A stretch of DNA of 64,000 nt from an uncultured Chloroflexia bacterium (GCA_963779315.1 CAVZXQ010000004.1:128847-192846); one strand, 5' to 3'. Shown: positions 38,701-48,655, counted from the first letter of the stretch. Notes: generated by a model from the letters alone, not told the origin. Program-made: numbers and translations.

Positions 38701-40854
38701 GCGTGCCGGGTTGACGTTGATCGTCGCCCAGTCAGGCCCCTCGTCGTACTCGGTCTTCGCCGTGGTGCGGTACGTCGCCGTGCCGGTAGCGTCGGTCGTG
38801 AGGTTGCGCTCGAGATAGCCGTCGGTGCGGAGCGGGACACCGGCGACCGGCGTGCCTTCGAAGAAGCTGGCCTTGACCGTGACCTTGATCCGGTCGTCGG
38901 CGATGTAGACGCGCCGGCCCGTCGTGACCTCGAGCTGGTAGGCCGGCTTGGCGATCGGTCCGACTTCGATCGTGGACGTTCGGAGGATCCGGTCGCCGAC
39001 CAGCAGTTCGATCGAGTAGTAGCCGTCGGCCAGCGCAGTCAGCGGCAGCGAAGCGGTGAATGCCCCGGTCGGACCGGGTCGCGCCGTCAGGCTGGCGACC
39101 GGCGGCCGGTCGGGTCCATCGACCCAGGCGTCTCCCTCGTACCAGGCATCGAGCGCGAGTCGAAGCGGTGGCCGTTTCGGGGACCGTGCCGTCGTCACGG
39201 TCGCGGACCATGCCCCAGATGTTGACCGTGTCCGTCGGGCGATAGAGATCACGGTCCGTATGCAGGAGGCTCCAATACGCGGGATCGCCCTCGTCCCCGT
39301 AGTAGCCGTAGTAGGAACCGCCGAGCCACACACCCTTGTCGTGGTCCGAGGTGGTGGGCAGGAAGATCGCCCGGCCGTCGGCGGTCTTCACGGTGACGAC
39401 CGGATCGCACGGGTCGGAGCAGGACCCTGAGGCGGCTGAGGCCGCCGGGAGCAGGTCCTTGGGTGTCGGCCCCGTCGCGAGCCCGTTCGCGTCAGTCGTG
39501 CCGATCACGCCGGTCCCTGCGGAGACGGTCGCGCCCTTGACCGGGTGGCCGCGCTTGAGGTCGTTCGCCCAGACGAGGGTGCGGGTCTCCGATACGACCA
39601 GGTAGCCCGCGACATCGGTCACCTGCAGGACCGCCTGACGTGGCCTGGTGCTGTCCGGCAGCTGGACGAGGTACCAGCCGGCCGGGAGGCGTTTCGGCAG
39701 CCTCGCCCAGGTGGTCCCACCGTACGGCTCGAGATCCCCCTCGAGGCGCGCGTTGACGGACACCACTCGGCGGAGTTTCGTCGTGTCGACGATCCCTTCC
39801 TTAGACCACCGCGTCCAATCCGGGGCCGCGCGCACGGTCCGGTGCGCTTCGATCGCGGCATCGAGGTTCGCCAGCCGATAGACCTCGATCCGGGTCGACT
39901 TCGGAGCCGACTGCCCCTCTTCGTCGAAGTACACAGAGAGGCCGATGACGGGCCGTTCGGCAGTGGGCGATTCGAGGAGGTCGCGCGAGAGGTCGAACCA
40001 GATCGCGTGGACCGGGGTGCTCGTCGCCGCCGTCTCGAACTGGAATCGCGTGTCCCGCTCCGTCGCCTCACCCGTCGCGGCCACCGTCACGCCCTTGGTG
40101 ACGGTCACGGTATAGGTCGTGGCGGCCTTCAGACGACGATCCGGCACGAAGGCGAGCGTCCGCCCGTGTTGCTCGAACCGCCCCTTGGTGGTGGGCTCGA
40201 TGCGGAAGTGGGACTCGGCATCGGTGAACCCGTCCTGGTCGAAGGTCACCTCGATCCCGGTATCGGTGGGGACGTCGGTGGACCGATCTTCTGGGAGCGT
40301 TCCCACGATCCGGAGGGGCTGTTCCGCCTGGAACGCCCACGAGTCGAGGAGTTGACCGCCCGCCCCGTTGAGTGCGAAGCGATAGACGACGCCGGGAAGC
40401 AGGGGCTCGTCCGGCGTGATGACGACGGCCCGATCGTCGGCGTCCGGCGCGACGGAGAAGGCCAGGTCCGGGTGGATCGACAGGCGCGTCGCGAGCGTGG
40501 AGGCAGGGGTAGCGTCGATGCTGGCCAGGCGGAACGTGACGTCGAGCGGGACCACGGCCCCGGCCGTGCCCTGGGCCGCGAGGTCGCCTGTGGCCGTGTC
40601 GTTCGCGGCGACCGGCGGGACGATGGTCGCCGTCGGCTCGAGGCTGGCCCACGGGTCGTCGCTCAGGGAGGGTCTGGGCTGACAGTCGTGCCTGGCGGGT
40701 GGCTGGCGTTCGCGCTGCCGTCGTCCGTCGGCCGCGTGGCATTCCAGGCAAGGCCGCCGAGGACCAGTGCGAGGGTGAGCCCGGCGACGGTGGCAAGGAT
40801 GGCCGGGCGACGAAGGAAGGCCCCCGGTCCGTGAACCCGATCCCGATCGTCCAT
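35718..40854 (-). pseudogene. alpha-2-macroglobulin family protein with N-terminal anchor and Ig-like domains (about 1700 aa), split into seven frames
   Basis: Track pieces 40663..41001, 38732..40555, 38149..39333, 37665..38471, 36578..37756, 35938..37041 and 35718..36014 read as one colinear protein. The joins fall at about 40666-40672, 39179-39182, 38227-38232, 37725-37745, 36985-36995 and 36043-36045. Recognisable blocks: signal anchor MDDRDRVHGPGAFLRRPAILATVAGLTLALVLGG; MG-type blocks QAVLQVTDVAGYLVVSETRTLVWANDLKRGHPVKGATV and VQFKDTLLFASVDTDANGRGSVSFKLSDDLTSWRVSASAI; C-terminus ...GCHQVTELVPSGLLPVG...VVLRYYARVVTPGTYAWEPAVAES. Confidence 0.8.
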
Positions 40855-41091
40855 CGTGGGTTCCTGCCGCCTCAGGCGGTCAAGCAGGGCCTCTGGCGGC
40901 GCCTCGGTGAGTGTCGTCCGGATGGCGATGCTCAGCCATGAGACGCGCAAGCCGGCTGCTTGTAACGCACAGGTTGCGACGTCTCGCCAGGTAGCGGACA
41001 TCGTGTCTCGCGGGGCGGCCTGCGATCTTCAACGCGGCTCCCCGGCGCTCGGCCCGGGCCGCCCGTGCTACCCTGACAGCGTCCTTTCATG

Positions 41092-41134
41092 ACCGGTCCT
41101 GTGAGGCTGGCGTACCGGTCCCGTGAGGCCGGCG
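41092..41134 (+). promoter_or_regulatory. tandem 21-nt hairpin repeat ACCGGTCCyGTGAGGCyGGCG (x2) in the carA leader, PyrR-binding-loop-like
   Basis: Units at 41092-41112 and 41114-41134. Each folds as CCGG/CYGG around a UCCnGUGAGG loop. A strong Shine-Dalgarno sequence (GAAGGAGG, 41134-41141) follows immediately. Confidence 0.4.
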
Positions 41135-41210
41135 AAGGAGGCTTCTTGTCAGCGCACGTCCTCGCCCACCATGCCCCGACGGCTGGTGGGTTTCGTGTGT
41201 CCGCCGTCGC

Positions 41211-42371
41211 GTGATCATCCCCCCGCAGCCACGTGCCTCCGCCATCGTCGATCCCCGGATCGGTGATCTCGGGCCGGCATTGCTGGCGCTGGAGGACGGA
41301 TCGATCTTCCCCGGCGTCGCATTCGGAGCACCGGTCGCCGCAGGCGGCGATCTCGTGGTCAACACGAGCCAGACCGGCTACCAGGAAGTCTGCACGGACC
41401 CCTCGTACGCCGGCCAGGTCGTGGTCATGACGTATCCGCTGATCGGCAACTACGGCCGACTCCTCGACGATGACCAGTCGGTCCGCCCGTGGTTGCGGGC
41501 GCTGGTCGTCGCCAACGCCACGGCCGCCGTGCTCGACGACGCGCGCCAGCTGGCGGCGTTGCTCCGGGACGCGTCGATCCCGGCGATCGCCGGAGTGGAC
41601 ACCCGTGCGCTCGCGCGGCACCTCCGCGCGAGCGGCAGCCTCCGGGCGATCGTCACGGCGCCCGGACACGTGGACCGCGATCGGGCGATCGCGGCGGCCC
41701 GCGCCGTGGCGCGCTGGGAGGACCAGGACTTCGTGGGCCTCGTCTCGCCGCCCGCGGTCGCCGAATACGGGAGTGCCACGGACGCCGGCCCGCGCATCGG
41801 GATCGTGGACCTGGGCCTCAAGACGAACATCGTGCGGGCCATGCGGCACCGCGGCGCACGAGTCCGGGTCTTTCCGCATACGACGTCCGCGGCCGAGGTC
41901 CTTTCGAGCGACATCGACGGGGTGATCCTGTCGCCCGGCCCGGGTGATCCCGCGCGGCTGGCGGCGCAGGTCGCGCTGGCGCGCGCCGTCATCGACGACG
42001 GACGACCCCTGCTTGGGATCTGCCTGGGTCACCAGATCGTGGGGCGCGCGGCCGGCGCCGACACGCGACGCCTGCGCTTCGGGCATCACGGGGCGAACCA
42101 CCCGGTCCAGGACCTCGAGATGGGCCTCGTCCAGGTCACAGCGCAGAACCACGAGGTGCAGGTGGTCGGCGACACGGTGCCGGAGCGGAGCGGGTTCCGG
42201 GTGAGCCAGGTCAACCTGAACGACGGCTCGGTGGAGGGCCTGCGGCATCGCGAGCTGCCGATCGAGACGGTCCAGTACCACCCGGAGGGTGCGCCCGGAC
42301 CACTCGATGCACTGGCCGTGTTCGATCGGTTCGTGACCGCGGCCGCGACTCGCGCCGGTCCGCCCCGATGA
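41211..42371 (+). CDS. carA: carbamoyl-phosphate synthase small (glutaminase) subunit
   Basis: ALLALEDGSIFPGVAFGA...NTSQTGYQEVCTDPSYAGQVVVMTYPLIGNYG...LLGICLGHQ...QYHPEG; GTG start. Confidence 0.95.
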   Translation: MIIPPQPRASAIVDPRIGDLGPALLALEDGSIFPGVAFGAPVAAGGDLVVNTSQTGYQEVCTDPSYAGQVVVMTYPLIGNYGRLLDDDQSVRPWLRALVVANATAAVLDDARQLAALLRDASIPAIAGVDTRALARHLRASGSLRAIVTAPGHVDRDRAIAAARAVARWEDQDFVGLVSPPAVAEYGSATDAGPRIGIVDLGLKTNIVRAMRHRGARVRVFPHTTSAAEVLSSDIDGVILSPGPGDPARLAAQVALARAVIDDGRPLLGICLGHQIVGRAAGADTRRLRFGHHGANHPVQDLEMGLVQVTAQNHEVQVVGDTVPERSGFRVSQVNLNDGSVEGLRHRELPIETVQYHPEGAPGPLDALAVFDRFVTAAATRAGPPR

Positions 42372-45300
42372 CGCCACCCGGCCCCAAGCCCGCATCCGTC
42401 CTGATCCTGGGGTCCGGCCCGGTCGTCATCGGCCAGGCCGCCGAGTTCGACTATGCCGGGACGCAGGCCTGCCGCGCGCTCCGCGCCGAGGGTGTCCGGA
42501 CGATCCTCATCAACAGCAACCCCGCCACGATCATGACCGACCCGTCCGTGGCGGACGTCATCTACCTGGAGCCCTTGACCGTGGAGGCGGTGGAGGCGGT
42601 CATCGCCCGCGAGAAGCCGGAGGGGCTGCTGGCCGGTCTCGGTGGCCAGACCGCCCTCAACCTGGCGATGGCGCTCGCCGAGGCCGGCGTCTTCGAGCGC
42701 CACGACATCCGCCTGCTCGGCACGCCGCTCGAGGCCATCCGGATGGCCGAAGACCGCGAAGCGTTCCGGGACCTGCTCGACCGGACGGGCCAGCCGTACG
42801 CCCCGAGCGTGATCGTGGAGGGCGCGACGGAGGCTGGCCGCGAGGCCTCCGCGAACGGTGCCCTCGAGACCATCGGCCTCCCGGCCATCATCCGCCCCGC
42901 GTTCACCCTGGGTGGGACGGGTGGCGGGATCGTGGCGACCGAACCCGCCTACCGCGAGCGGATCCGCGCCGGCCTCCGGGCCAGCCCCATCGGACAGGTC
43001 ATGGTGGAGAAGTGCCTCGTCGGCTGGCAGGAGGTCGAGTACGAGGTCATGCGCGATGCCGACGACACGTGCATCGCCGTCTGCTCGATGGAAAACGTGG
43101 ATCCGCTCGGCGTCCACACCGGCGACTCGATCGTCGTGGCGCCCGTCCAGACACTGACCGACGCCGTCCACCAACGACTGCGCAGTGCCGCCCTGGCGAT
43201 CATCCGCGCCCTCGGCGTGGAAGGCGGATGCAACGTCCAGTTCGCGCTGTCGCCCGACTCGACCGAGTACGCCGTCATCGAGGTCAACCCGCGCGTCTCG
43301 CGCTCATCCGCCCTGGCCAGCAAGGCGACCGGCTATCCGATCGCCCGGGTCGCGGCCCAGATCGCCGTGGGTCGCCGACTGGCCGAGATCCCCAACGTCG
43401 TGACGGGGACCACGGTCGCCGCGTTCGAGCCGGCGCTCGACTACGTCGTGGTGAAGCTGCCGCGCTTCCCGTTCGACAAGTTCCCGGGGGCGGATCGCAC
43501 GCTTGGCAGCCAGATGAAGGCGACCGGTGAGGTGATGGCCATCGACCGGACGTTCGGGTCCGCGCTGAACAAGGCCCTCCGAGGCCTCGAGCAGGCGGGT
43601 GTCGGGCCGCTGGCCGAGGACCCGGCGTGGACGCCGACCTTCGATTACCTCGCGGCGGTGTATCGGGGCACGGACGAGGACGTTGCCGACGTGCCGATCC
43701 GCTGGGTCGACGAGCGTGGTCAGGCGTGCGAGTCCACCCGCCATGCACAGCGCTCGGCCGCGCCCATCGTCCTCAGGCAGTTCCTGGAGCCGTCCGATAG
43801 CCGACTGTGGCGACTGCTGGGTCTGCTGCGTCGCGGCGTCCCGGAGCCGGTCGTGGGCGAGGCGACCGGGATCTCGCCGTGGTTCCTCGCGGAGATGGGC
43901 CGGAACGTGGCGCTCGAGGCGGAGGCCGCCGCCATCGGGAAGCGCCTGGCCGACCCGGCCGACGAGGAGGCGGCCACGCTCCTCGCGACCGTCAAGCGCG
44001 CCGGCTTCGGCGATCGCGAGCTGGCTGACCTGGCCGGGACGGCGCCCGAGGATCTGCGTGCGGCCCGTCTCGTCCTTGGCCTCAGGCCGGGCTACGCGAT
44101 GGTCGATACCTGCGCCGCCGAGTTCGCGGCCGAGACCCCGTACTTCTACTCGACCTACGCCGCGGCAGGGTCCGAACCGGAGGCGCCGCCGGTCGAACGG
44201 AACGCGGCGCTCGTCATCGGCTCCGGGCCGGTCCGGATCGGGCAGGGGATCGAGTTCGACTACTGCGCCGTGCAGGCCGCCGACACGCTCCGCCGCTCCG
44301 GCTGGCGGGCGGTGATGATCAATTCGAACCCCGAGACCGTCTCGACCGACTTCGACGCCTCGTCGCGGCTCTACTTCGAGCCGCTGGACCCGGAGAGCGT
44401 GCGCAGCGTCATCGATGCCGAGAGCCCGGACCAGTCGGACCTCCTGCCGGTGGTCGTGGCGTACGGCGGTCAGACGCCGCTCAACCTGGCCGCGCCGTTG
44501 GCCGCCGGTGGCGTCCCGTTGCTGGGCTCGGACCTCGAGGCCATCGACCAGGCCGAGGAGCGAACACGGTTCTCCGCCCTGCTGGACCGGCTCGGCATCC
44601 CGCAGCCCGAGGGCGGCATGGCCCACAGCGTGGACGAGGCCCTGACCCTGGCCGAGCGGATCGGCTACCCGGTCATCGTCCGGCCGTCCTTCGTCATCGG
44701 CGGCCTCGCCATCGACTTCTGCTACTCGCCGTCAGACCTCGAGCGTCAGCTGGCCACGGCCACGGACGTGGATCCCGATCGGCCGGTCCGCATCGACCGG
44801 TACCTCGAGGGCGTGGAAGTGGACGTGGATGCCATCTCGGACGGCGCGCTGGTGCTCATCCCGGGCCTCCTGGAGCACGTGGAGCTGGCCGGTGTCCACA
44901 GCGGCGACTCGGTCGGCATGTTCCCGCCGCAGACGGTATCGGAGGGCGATCAGGACCTCATCGTCGCCACGATGGAGCGGATCGTGCTGGCACTTGGCGC
45001 GAAGGGATTGGTCAATGCCCAGTTCATCGTGCGCGACGACGGTGTCTACCTCATCGAGGTCAACCCACGGGCCAGCCGGACGGTGCCCTTCCTGTCAAAG
45101 GTGACCGGCGTTCCGATGGTGGAGCTGGCCGTTCGGATCTCGCTCGGCGCCACGTTGCCGGACCTGGGCTGGGGTGGGGGACTGCTTGCTCCGCCGCCCT
45201 TCGTGGCGGTCAAGGCGCCGGCGTTCTCCACCGCCAAGCTCCGCGGCGTGGACCCATCAGTGGGTCCTGGGATGCAATCCACCGGGGAGGTCATCGGCAT

Positions 45301-45823
45301 CCACACGGACCCGCGCGTAGCGTTGGCCAAGGCCCTGATGGGCGCCGCGCTCGTGCCGCCCCGGCCCGGTCCGGACGGGGCGCTCGCGCTGCTATCCATC
45401 GCGGACCGTGACAAGGGGACCCTGACCCGCCTGGCGTCGGCCCTTCGGACCGCCGGCTACCGACTGGCTGCGACGCCCGGCACGCGGCTGGCCCTGGCGG
45501 CGGCCGGGTTCGAGGCGCGTCCGGTGGCGAAGCTCGGCGAGGTCCCTGACGAGGCCCTGGACGAAGCGCCGATCCTGGAGTTGATCGCCTCGGGTGAGGT
45601 CCGCCTCGTCGTCAACACCCCGACGCCCCGGTCGGGTGCGGTCCGTGACGCGGCGGAGATCCGCCTCGTGGCCACGGCCGAGGGGATCCTGTGCCTGACG
45701 GCGATGGAGACGGCCGTGGCGGCTGCCGAGGCGCTCGACCCGGCGGTCGCGGGCCGCCTGGCGGACGTCAGGTCCCTGGATGAATGGGTGCCGGGAGGCC
45801 TGCCGGCGGGCGTCCCTGGCTGA
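42368..45823 (+). CDS. carB: carbamoyl-phosphate synthase large subunit
   Basis: 1151 aa and intact, with duplicated ATP-grasp halves (ILGSGPVVIGQAAEFDYAGTQA...; VIGSGPVRIGQGIEFDYCAVQA...) and a C-terminal MGS-like domain. ATGA overlap with carA. Confidence 0.97.
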   Translation: MTPPGPKPASVLILGSGPVVIGQAAEFDYAGTQACRALRAEGVRTILINSNPATIMTDPSVADVIYLEPLTVEAVEAVIAREKPEGLLAGLGGQTALNLAMALAEAGVFERHDIRLLGTPLEAIRMAEDREAFRDLLDRTGQPYAPSVIVEGATEAGREASANGALETIGLPAIIRPAFTLGGTGGGIVATEPAYRERIRAGLRASPIGQVMVEKCLVGWQEVEYEVMRDADDTCIAVCSMENVDPLGVHTGDSIVVAPVQTLTDAVHQRLRSAALAIIRALGVEGGCNVQFALSPDSTEYAVIEVNPRVSRSSALASKATGYPIARVAAQIAVGRRLAEIPNVVTGTTVAAFEPALDYVVVKLPRFPFDKFPGADRTLGSQMKATGEVMAIDRTFGSALNKALRGLEQAGVGPLAEDPAWTPTFDYLAAVYRGTDEDVADVPIRWVDERGQACESTRHAQRSAAPIVLRQFLEPSDSRLWRLLGLLRRGVPEPVVGEATGISPWFLAEMGRNVALEAEAAAIGKRLADPADEEAATLLATVKRAGFGDRELADLAGTAPEDLRAARLVLGLRPGYAMVDTCAAEFAAETPYFYSTYAAAGSEPEAPPVERNAALVIGSGPVRIGQGIEFDYCAVQAADTLRRSGWRAVMINSNPETVSTDFDASSRLYFEPLDPESVRSVIDAESPDQSDLLPVVVAYGGQTPLNLAAPLAAGGVPLLGSDLEAIDQAEERTRFSALLDRLGIPQPEGGMAHSVDEALTLAERIGYPVIVRPSFVIGGLAIDFCYSPSDLERQLATATDVDPDRPVRIDRYLEGVEVDVDAISDGALVLIPGLLEHVELAGVHSGDSVGMFPPQTVSEGDQDLIVATMERIVLALGAKGLVNAQFIVRDDGVYLIEVNPRASRTVPFLSKVTGVPMVELAVRISLGATLPDLGWGGGLLAPPPFVAVKAPAFSTAKLRGVDPSVGPGMQSTGEVIGIHTDPRVALAKALMGAALVPPRPGPDGALALLSIADRDKGTLTRLASALRTAGYRLAATPGTRLALAAAGFEARPVAKLGEVPDEALDEAPILELIASGEVRLVVNTPTPRSGAVRDAAEIRLVATAEGILCLTAMETAVAAAEALDPAVAGRLADVRSLDEWVPGGLPAGVPG

Positions 45824-47219
45824 GCACGCCAGCTTCCGCAGACTCCACCACGATGGCCTGGCCGAGCGACCACAGGGTGATCGTGGTCAGGATGACCATC
45901 ACGACCGCCAGCGGGATCTCACGAGTCCGCAGGTCGCGCCCCTCCGTCCCCACAGGGGGATACAGCTCGAGCGTCACATGTCCGGCCCAGGCGCCAAGCA
46001 TGTGGCCACCGACCACCGCGGCGAGCTGGACCGTCCAGATGAGTCCGGGCGGAAGCCAGTCCCCGTTCGGTTCATGGAAGGCGGTCCCGAACAGGTCCCA
46101 GCCGCGCTGGAACGGGTCGGAGACCGCGACCAGGATGTTCTGGCCGTCGATGAGCAGGTAGGTCAGGTAGTGCGCGATGAGGTATCCGACGGCGATCGGC
46201 AGCAGGCCAGCCCCGGTCGCGGGGACGCCCACGGTACGAGTCACGAGCAGGGCGGCGACGACGATCGCGCCGAGGAACGCCGCCAGCAGCAGGGTCATCC
46301 CGGCGACACCGGGGGCGCCGAACAGGTCGAAGAAGGACTGCGTCTGCGAAAGCCCGTCGAACAGGATGGACCCGATCCCGAGACCGACCAGCGCGACCTC
46401 CGGGACCGTCCAGCCAGGGTCGAGCAGGCCGCCCGCGAGTGAGCGGCGCCGGATCCGGCCCTCCTCGTCAATGAGGGCGAACGCCGCCAGCCGACCGAGC
46501 AGGCGGAACCAGACCGTGAAGGTCTCCCCGTGCGCCCGCCACGGATCGCGGCCGAACTGGGCCATCATCGCGAGGGTGTAGGCCGTGTAGCCGATCAGCA
46601 CGATGAACAGGACCGATGGCCCACCGCCACCCATCGCCAATTCAAGCCAGACGAACCCGGCGAACCCGATCACGCCCGGCCAGCGGCCGAGGCGGGCCGG
46701 GTACTCGGCGGGCTCCCAACGCCCTACGCCCAGCTTCCGGGTGAAGGTGGCACCGATGTCGTGGAGGGTGGAGAAGGGATCCACGAAGTGCCACGCGGGC
46801 CCGACCAGCGCCGAGACGAGGGCCAGGCCGACCCAGCCGAACACCCACAGGAAGAGCGTCGCTACATCGCCCGCGGACGAACCGCCGAACAGGCCCTGGG
46901 CGACGATCCAGAGCCACGCGACGAGGCCGAGCGTGCGCAGAGCGATGCGGATCGGGGCTCGCGGCAGCGCAGCCTGCCCGGTCGTCGTCGGGGCCGCGGC
47001 ACGGACGTCGCGAGCGAGCACGAACACGAACGACAGGGCCACGGTCATGGCAGCGCCCGCGACATAGATGGCAAGGGGCAGCCGACTCGCATAGCTTGCG
47101 TTCAGCTGATGCCCGAGGACGGCCCCCGGGGTTGCGAGGACGACGACCCCGAACACGGCGAACGCGGCCCCGAGCCGTGCGGCCCCGAGCCGTGCGGCGC
47201 CTCGTCCTGCGGACCTCAC
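45768..47219 (-). CDS. polytopic membrane protein (about 11-12 TM) translationally coupled to CopC
   Basis: 483 aa. The GTG start overlaps the copC-like TGA (GTGA). No family recognised by eye. Confidence 0.7.
   Translation of the reverse strand: MRSAGRGAARLGAARLGAAFAVFGVVVLATPGAVLGHQLNASYASRLPLAIYVAGAAMTVALSFVFVLARDVRAAAPTTTGQAALPRAPIRIALRTLGLVAWLWIVAQGLFGGSSAGDVATLFLWVFGWVGLALVSALVGPAWHFVDPFSTLHDIGATFTRKLGVGRWEPAEYPARLGRWPGVIGFAGFVWLELAMGGGGPSVLFIVLIGYTAYTLAMMAQFGRDPWRAHGETFTVWFRLLGRLAAFALIDEEGRIRRRSLAGGLLDPGWTVPEVALVGLGIGSILFDGLSQTQSFFDLFGAPGVAGMTLLLAAFLGAIVVAALLVTRTVGVPATGAGLLPIAVGYLIAHYLTYLLIDGQNILVAVSDPFQRGWDLFGTAFHEPNGDWLPPGLIWTVQLAAVVGGHMLGAWAGHVTLELYPPVGTEGRDLRTREIPLAVVMVILTTITLWSLGQAIVVESAEAGVLSQGRPPAGLPAPIHPGT
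47166..47195 (-). repeat. perfect tandem 15-nt duplication (GGCCCCGAGCCGTGC x2) inside the N-terminus of the membrane protein (encodes GAARL-GAARL)
   Basis: Read directly from the sequence. Confidence 0.8.
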
Positions 47220-47854
47220 GATGGCGGAGCGGAGTCGCGACGTCGCAGCAGGATGAAGGCGAGTGCGCCGACCAGGAGTGCCCCGACGATGATCGGAAGC
47301 AGGACGTCGCCACCCGACGAGGTGTTACCGGCATCGGCGCTGCCGGACGGCTGCGGTGTGGGTGAGGCCGGGGCCGCCGACGGCTGGATGGCAGGGCTTG
47401 CGGATGCGCTCGCGCTCGGCGTGGCGCTCACCTCGGGTCTCGGTGTCGGTGTCGCCGTGGGTGTCGCCGTGGGTACAGCCGTCGCGGCGGCGACGACGGT
47501 GAATTGGACCGTGCCCCGCTCGATGTGCCCGTCGTCCGCGGCGGCCAGCCAGCGAACCTCGTAGTCACCTTCCTCCAGGGCGGTGTCCGGAGTCAGACTC
47601 ATCGTCCTGCCGTCGACGTCCGTCGTCGAGGCGACCTTGCCGGCTCCGTCGATGAGCTCCGCCTTGCTTGCAGACCCGAGATCCTCCGTGAAGGTCATCA
47701 CCACCGGCCCGATGAACGGCGCCCCGACCGTGGATCCCTCGGCCGGATCGGAGGCGTCCAGCTCGGCATGCCCCAAAACGACCACCGGCAGCGCAAGCGT
47801 GAGCAACGTGAGGAGCAGGACCGAAACGGAACGTCGTGCGGCACGGGTCGACAT
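47216..47854 (-). CDS. CopC-domain copper-binding protein with Pro/Thr linker and C-terminal membrane anchor
   Basis: ATG at 47854. The signal peptide ends ...VVVLG-HAELDASDPAEGS (mature N-terminal His). CopC fold block YEVRWLAAADDGHIERGTVQFTV, then a PT-rich linker and a TM anchor. Confidence 0.85.
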   Translation of the reverse strand: MSTRAARRSVSVLLLTLLTLALPVVVLGHAELDASDPAEGSTVGAPFIGPVVMTFTEDLGSASKAELIDGAGKVASTTDVDGRTMSLTPDTALEEGDYEVRWLAAADDGHIERGTVQFTVVAAATAVPTATPTATPTPRPEVSATPSASASASPAIQPSAAPASPTPQPSGSADAGNTSSGGDVLLPIIVGALLVGALAFILLRRRDSAPPS

Positions 47855-47985
47855 GCGAGCGAGTCTACGGAATCCGGGGCGTCCCCGCCGTGGGAGCGGC
47901 GCCCACTCGGGACGGCCCATCCGACACGCGTTCCGAAACGAACGAGAATGGAGACCCACGCGACGCGTGGAACCCGGGAGAGAGC

Positions 47986-48390
47986 GTGCAGATCCAGTAC
48001 CTGGACCAGGAGACGTCAGACTATCGAGCGGGTGTCTGCAACATCGGACCGAAGGAGATCGCCCGGCGACGAAACGCCGGCATCGCCGCGGTCCTCTTCG
48101 CCGTCGGGCTGGGAGTCGCGCTGGTCGCGATCGACGCTCCAGCCATGCTTCGTGCCATCGTCCTGCTACCCCTCTGGGGAGGACTCGTCAGCCTGGAGCA
48201 GGCGCGACGCAAGTTCTGTGTCGCATACGCGTTCGGCGGGATCCGTGGCGCGAACCAGAGCGAGACTCGCCAGGCCGTGATCGACGGCGCTGACCTGGCG
48301 GCCGATCGAGCCGCGGCACGCGCGATGGTCATCTATTGCGGCGTCGCTGCGTTGGCCGTCACGACCGTCTTCGTGCTGTTGCCGATCTAG
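47986..48390 (+). CDS. small membrane protein, function unknown
   Basis: GTG at 47986, after GGGAGAGAG. It has two to three TM segments and a motif CNIGPKEIARRRNAG ahead of the first TM. Confidence 0.5.
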   Translation: MQIQYLDQETSDYRAGVCNIGPKEIARRRNAGIAAVLFAVGLGVALVAIDAPAMLRAIVLLPLWGGLVSLEQARRKFCVAYAFGGIRGANQSETRQAVIDGADLAADRAAARAMVIYCGVAALAVTTVFVLLPI

Positions 48391-48641
48391 GACAGCTCCG
48401 GACAGGGGGGCCGAGCCGGCGCGTCGCCCGCGATCGCGTGGCCCGCGACGATCAGGTGGCGGCCGATCCACGCCGCCGGCCCGTGCCTCGAGCCATCGTG
48501 AGCGCGACGCTCCGTCTTCGCCTCGCGAGCGTGCCGGAGATCGTCGCCGACGTGCAGCAGTTCCTCGATCCGCCGGTCGACATCGAGCTCTTCCACGCTG
48601 CGCCGATCGTGCGATGCTCGAGACTCCATCATTCCACGCAT
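48387..48641 (-). CDS. small His-rich cytoplasmic protein (84 aa), function unknown
   Basis: ATG at 48641, 7 nt after GGGAGA. Third positions are mostly G/C. It has 7 His plus a C-terminal PPCPE. The upstream palindrome suggests an operator. Confidence 0.5.
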   Translation of the reverse strand: MRGMMESRASHDRRSVEELDVDRRIEELLHVGDDLRHAREAKTERRAHDGSRHGPAAWIGRHLIVAGHAIAGDAPARPPCPELS

Positions 48642-48655
48642 CGTTGTCTCCCTTC

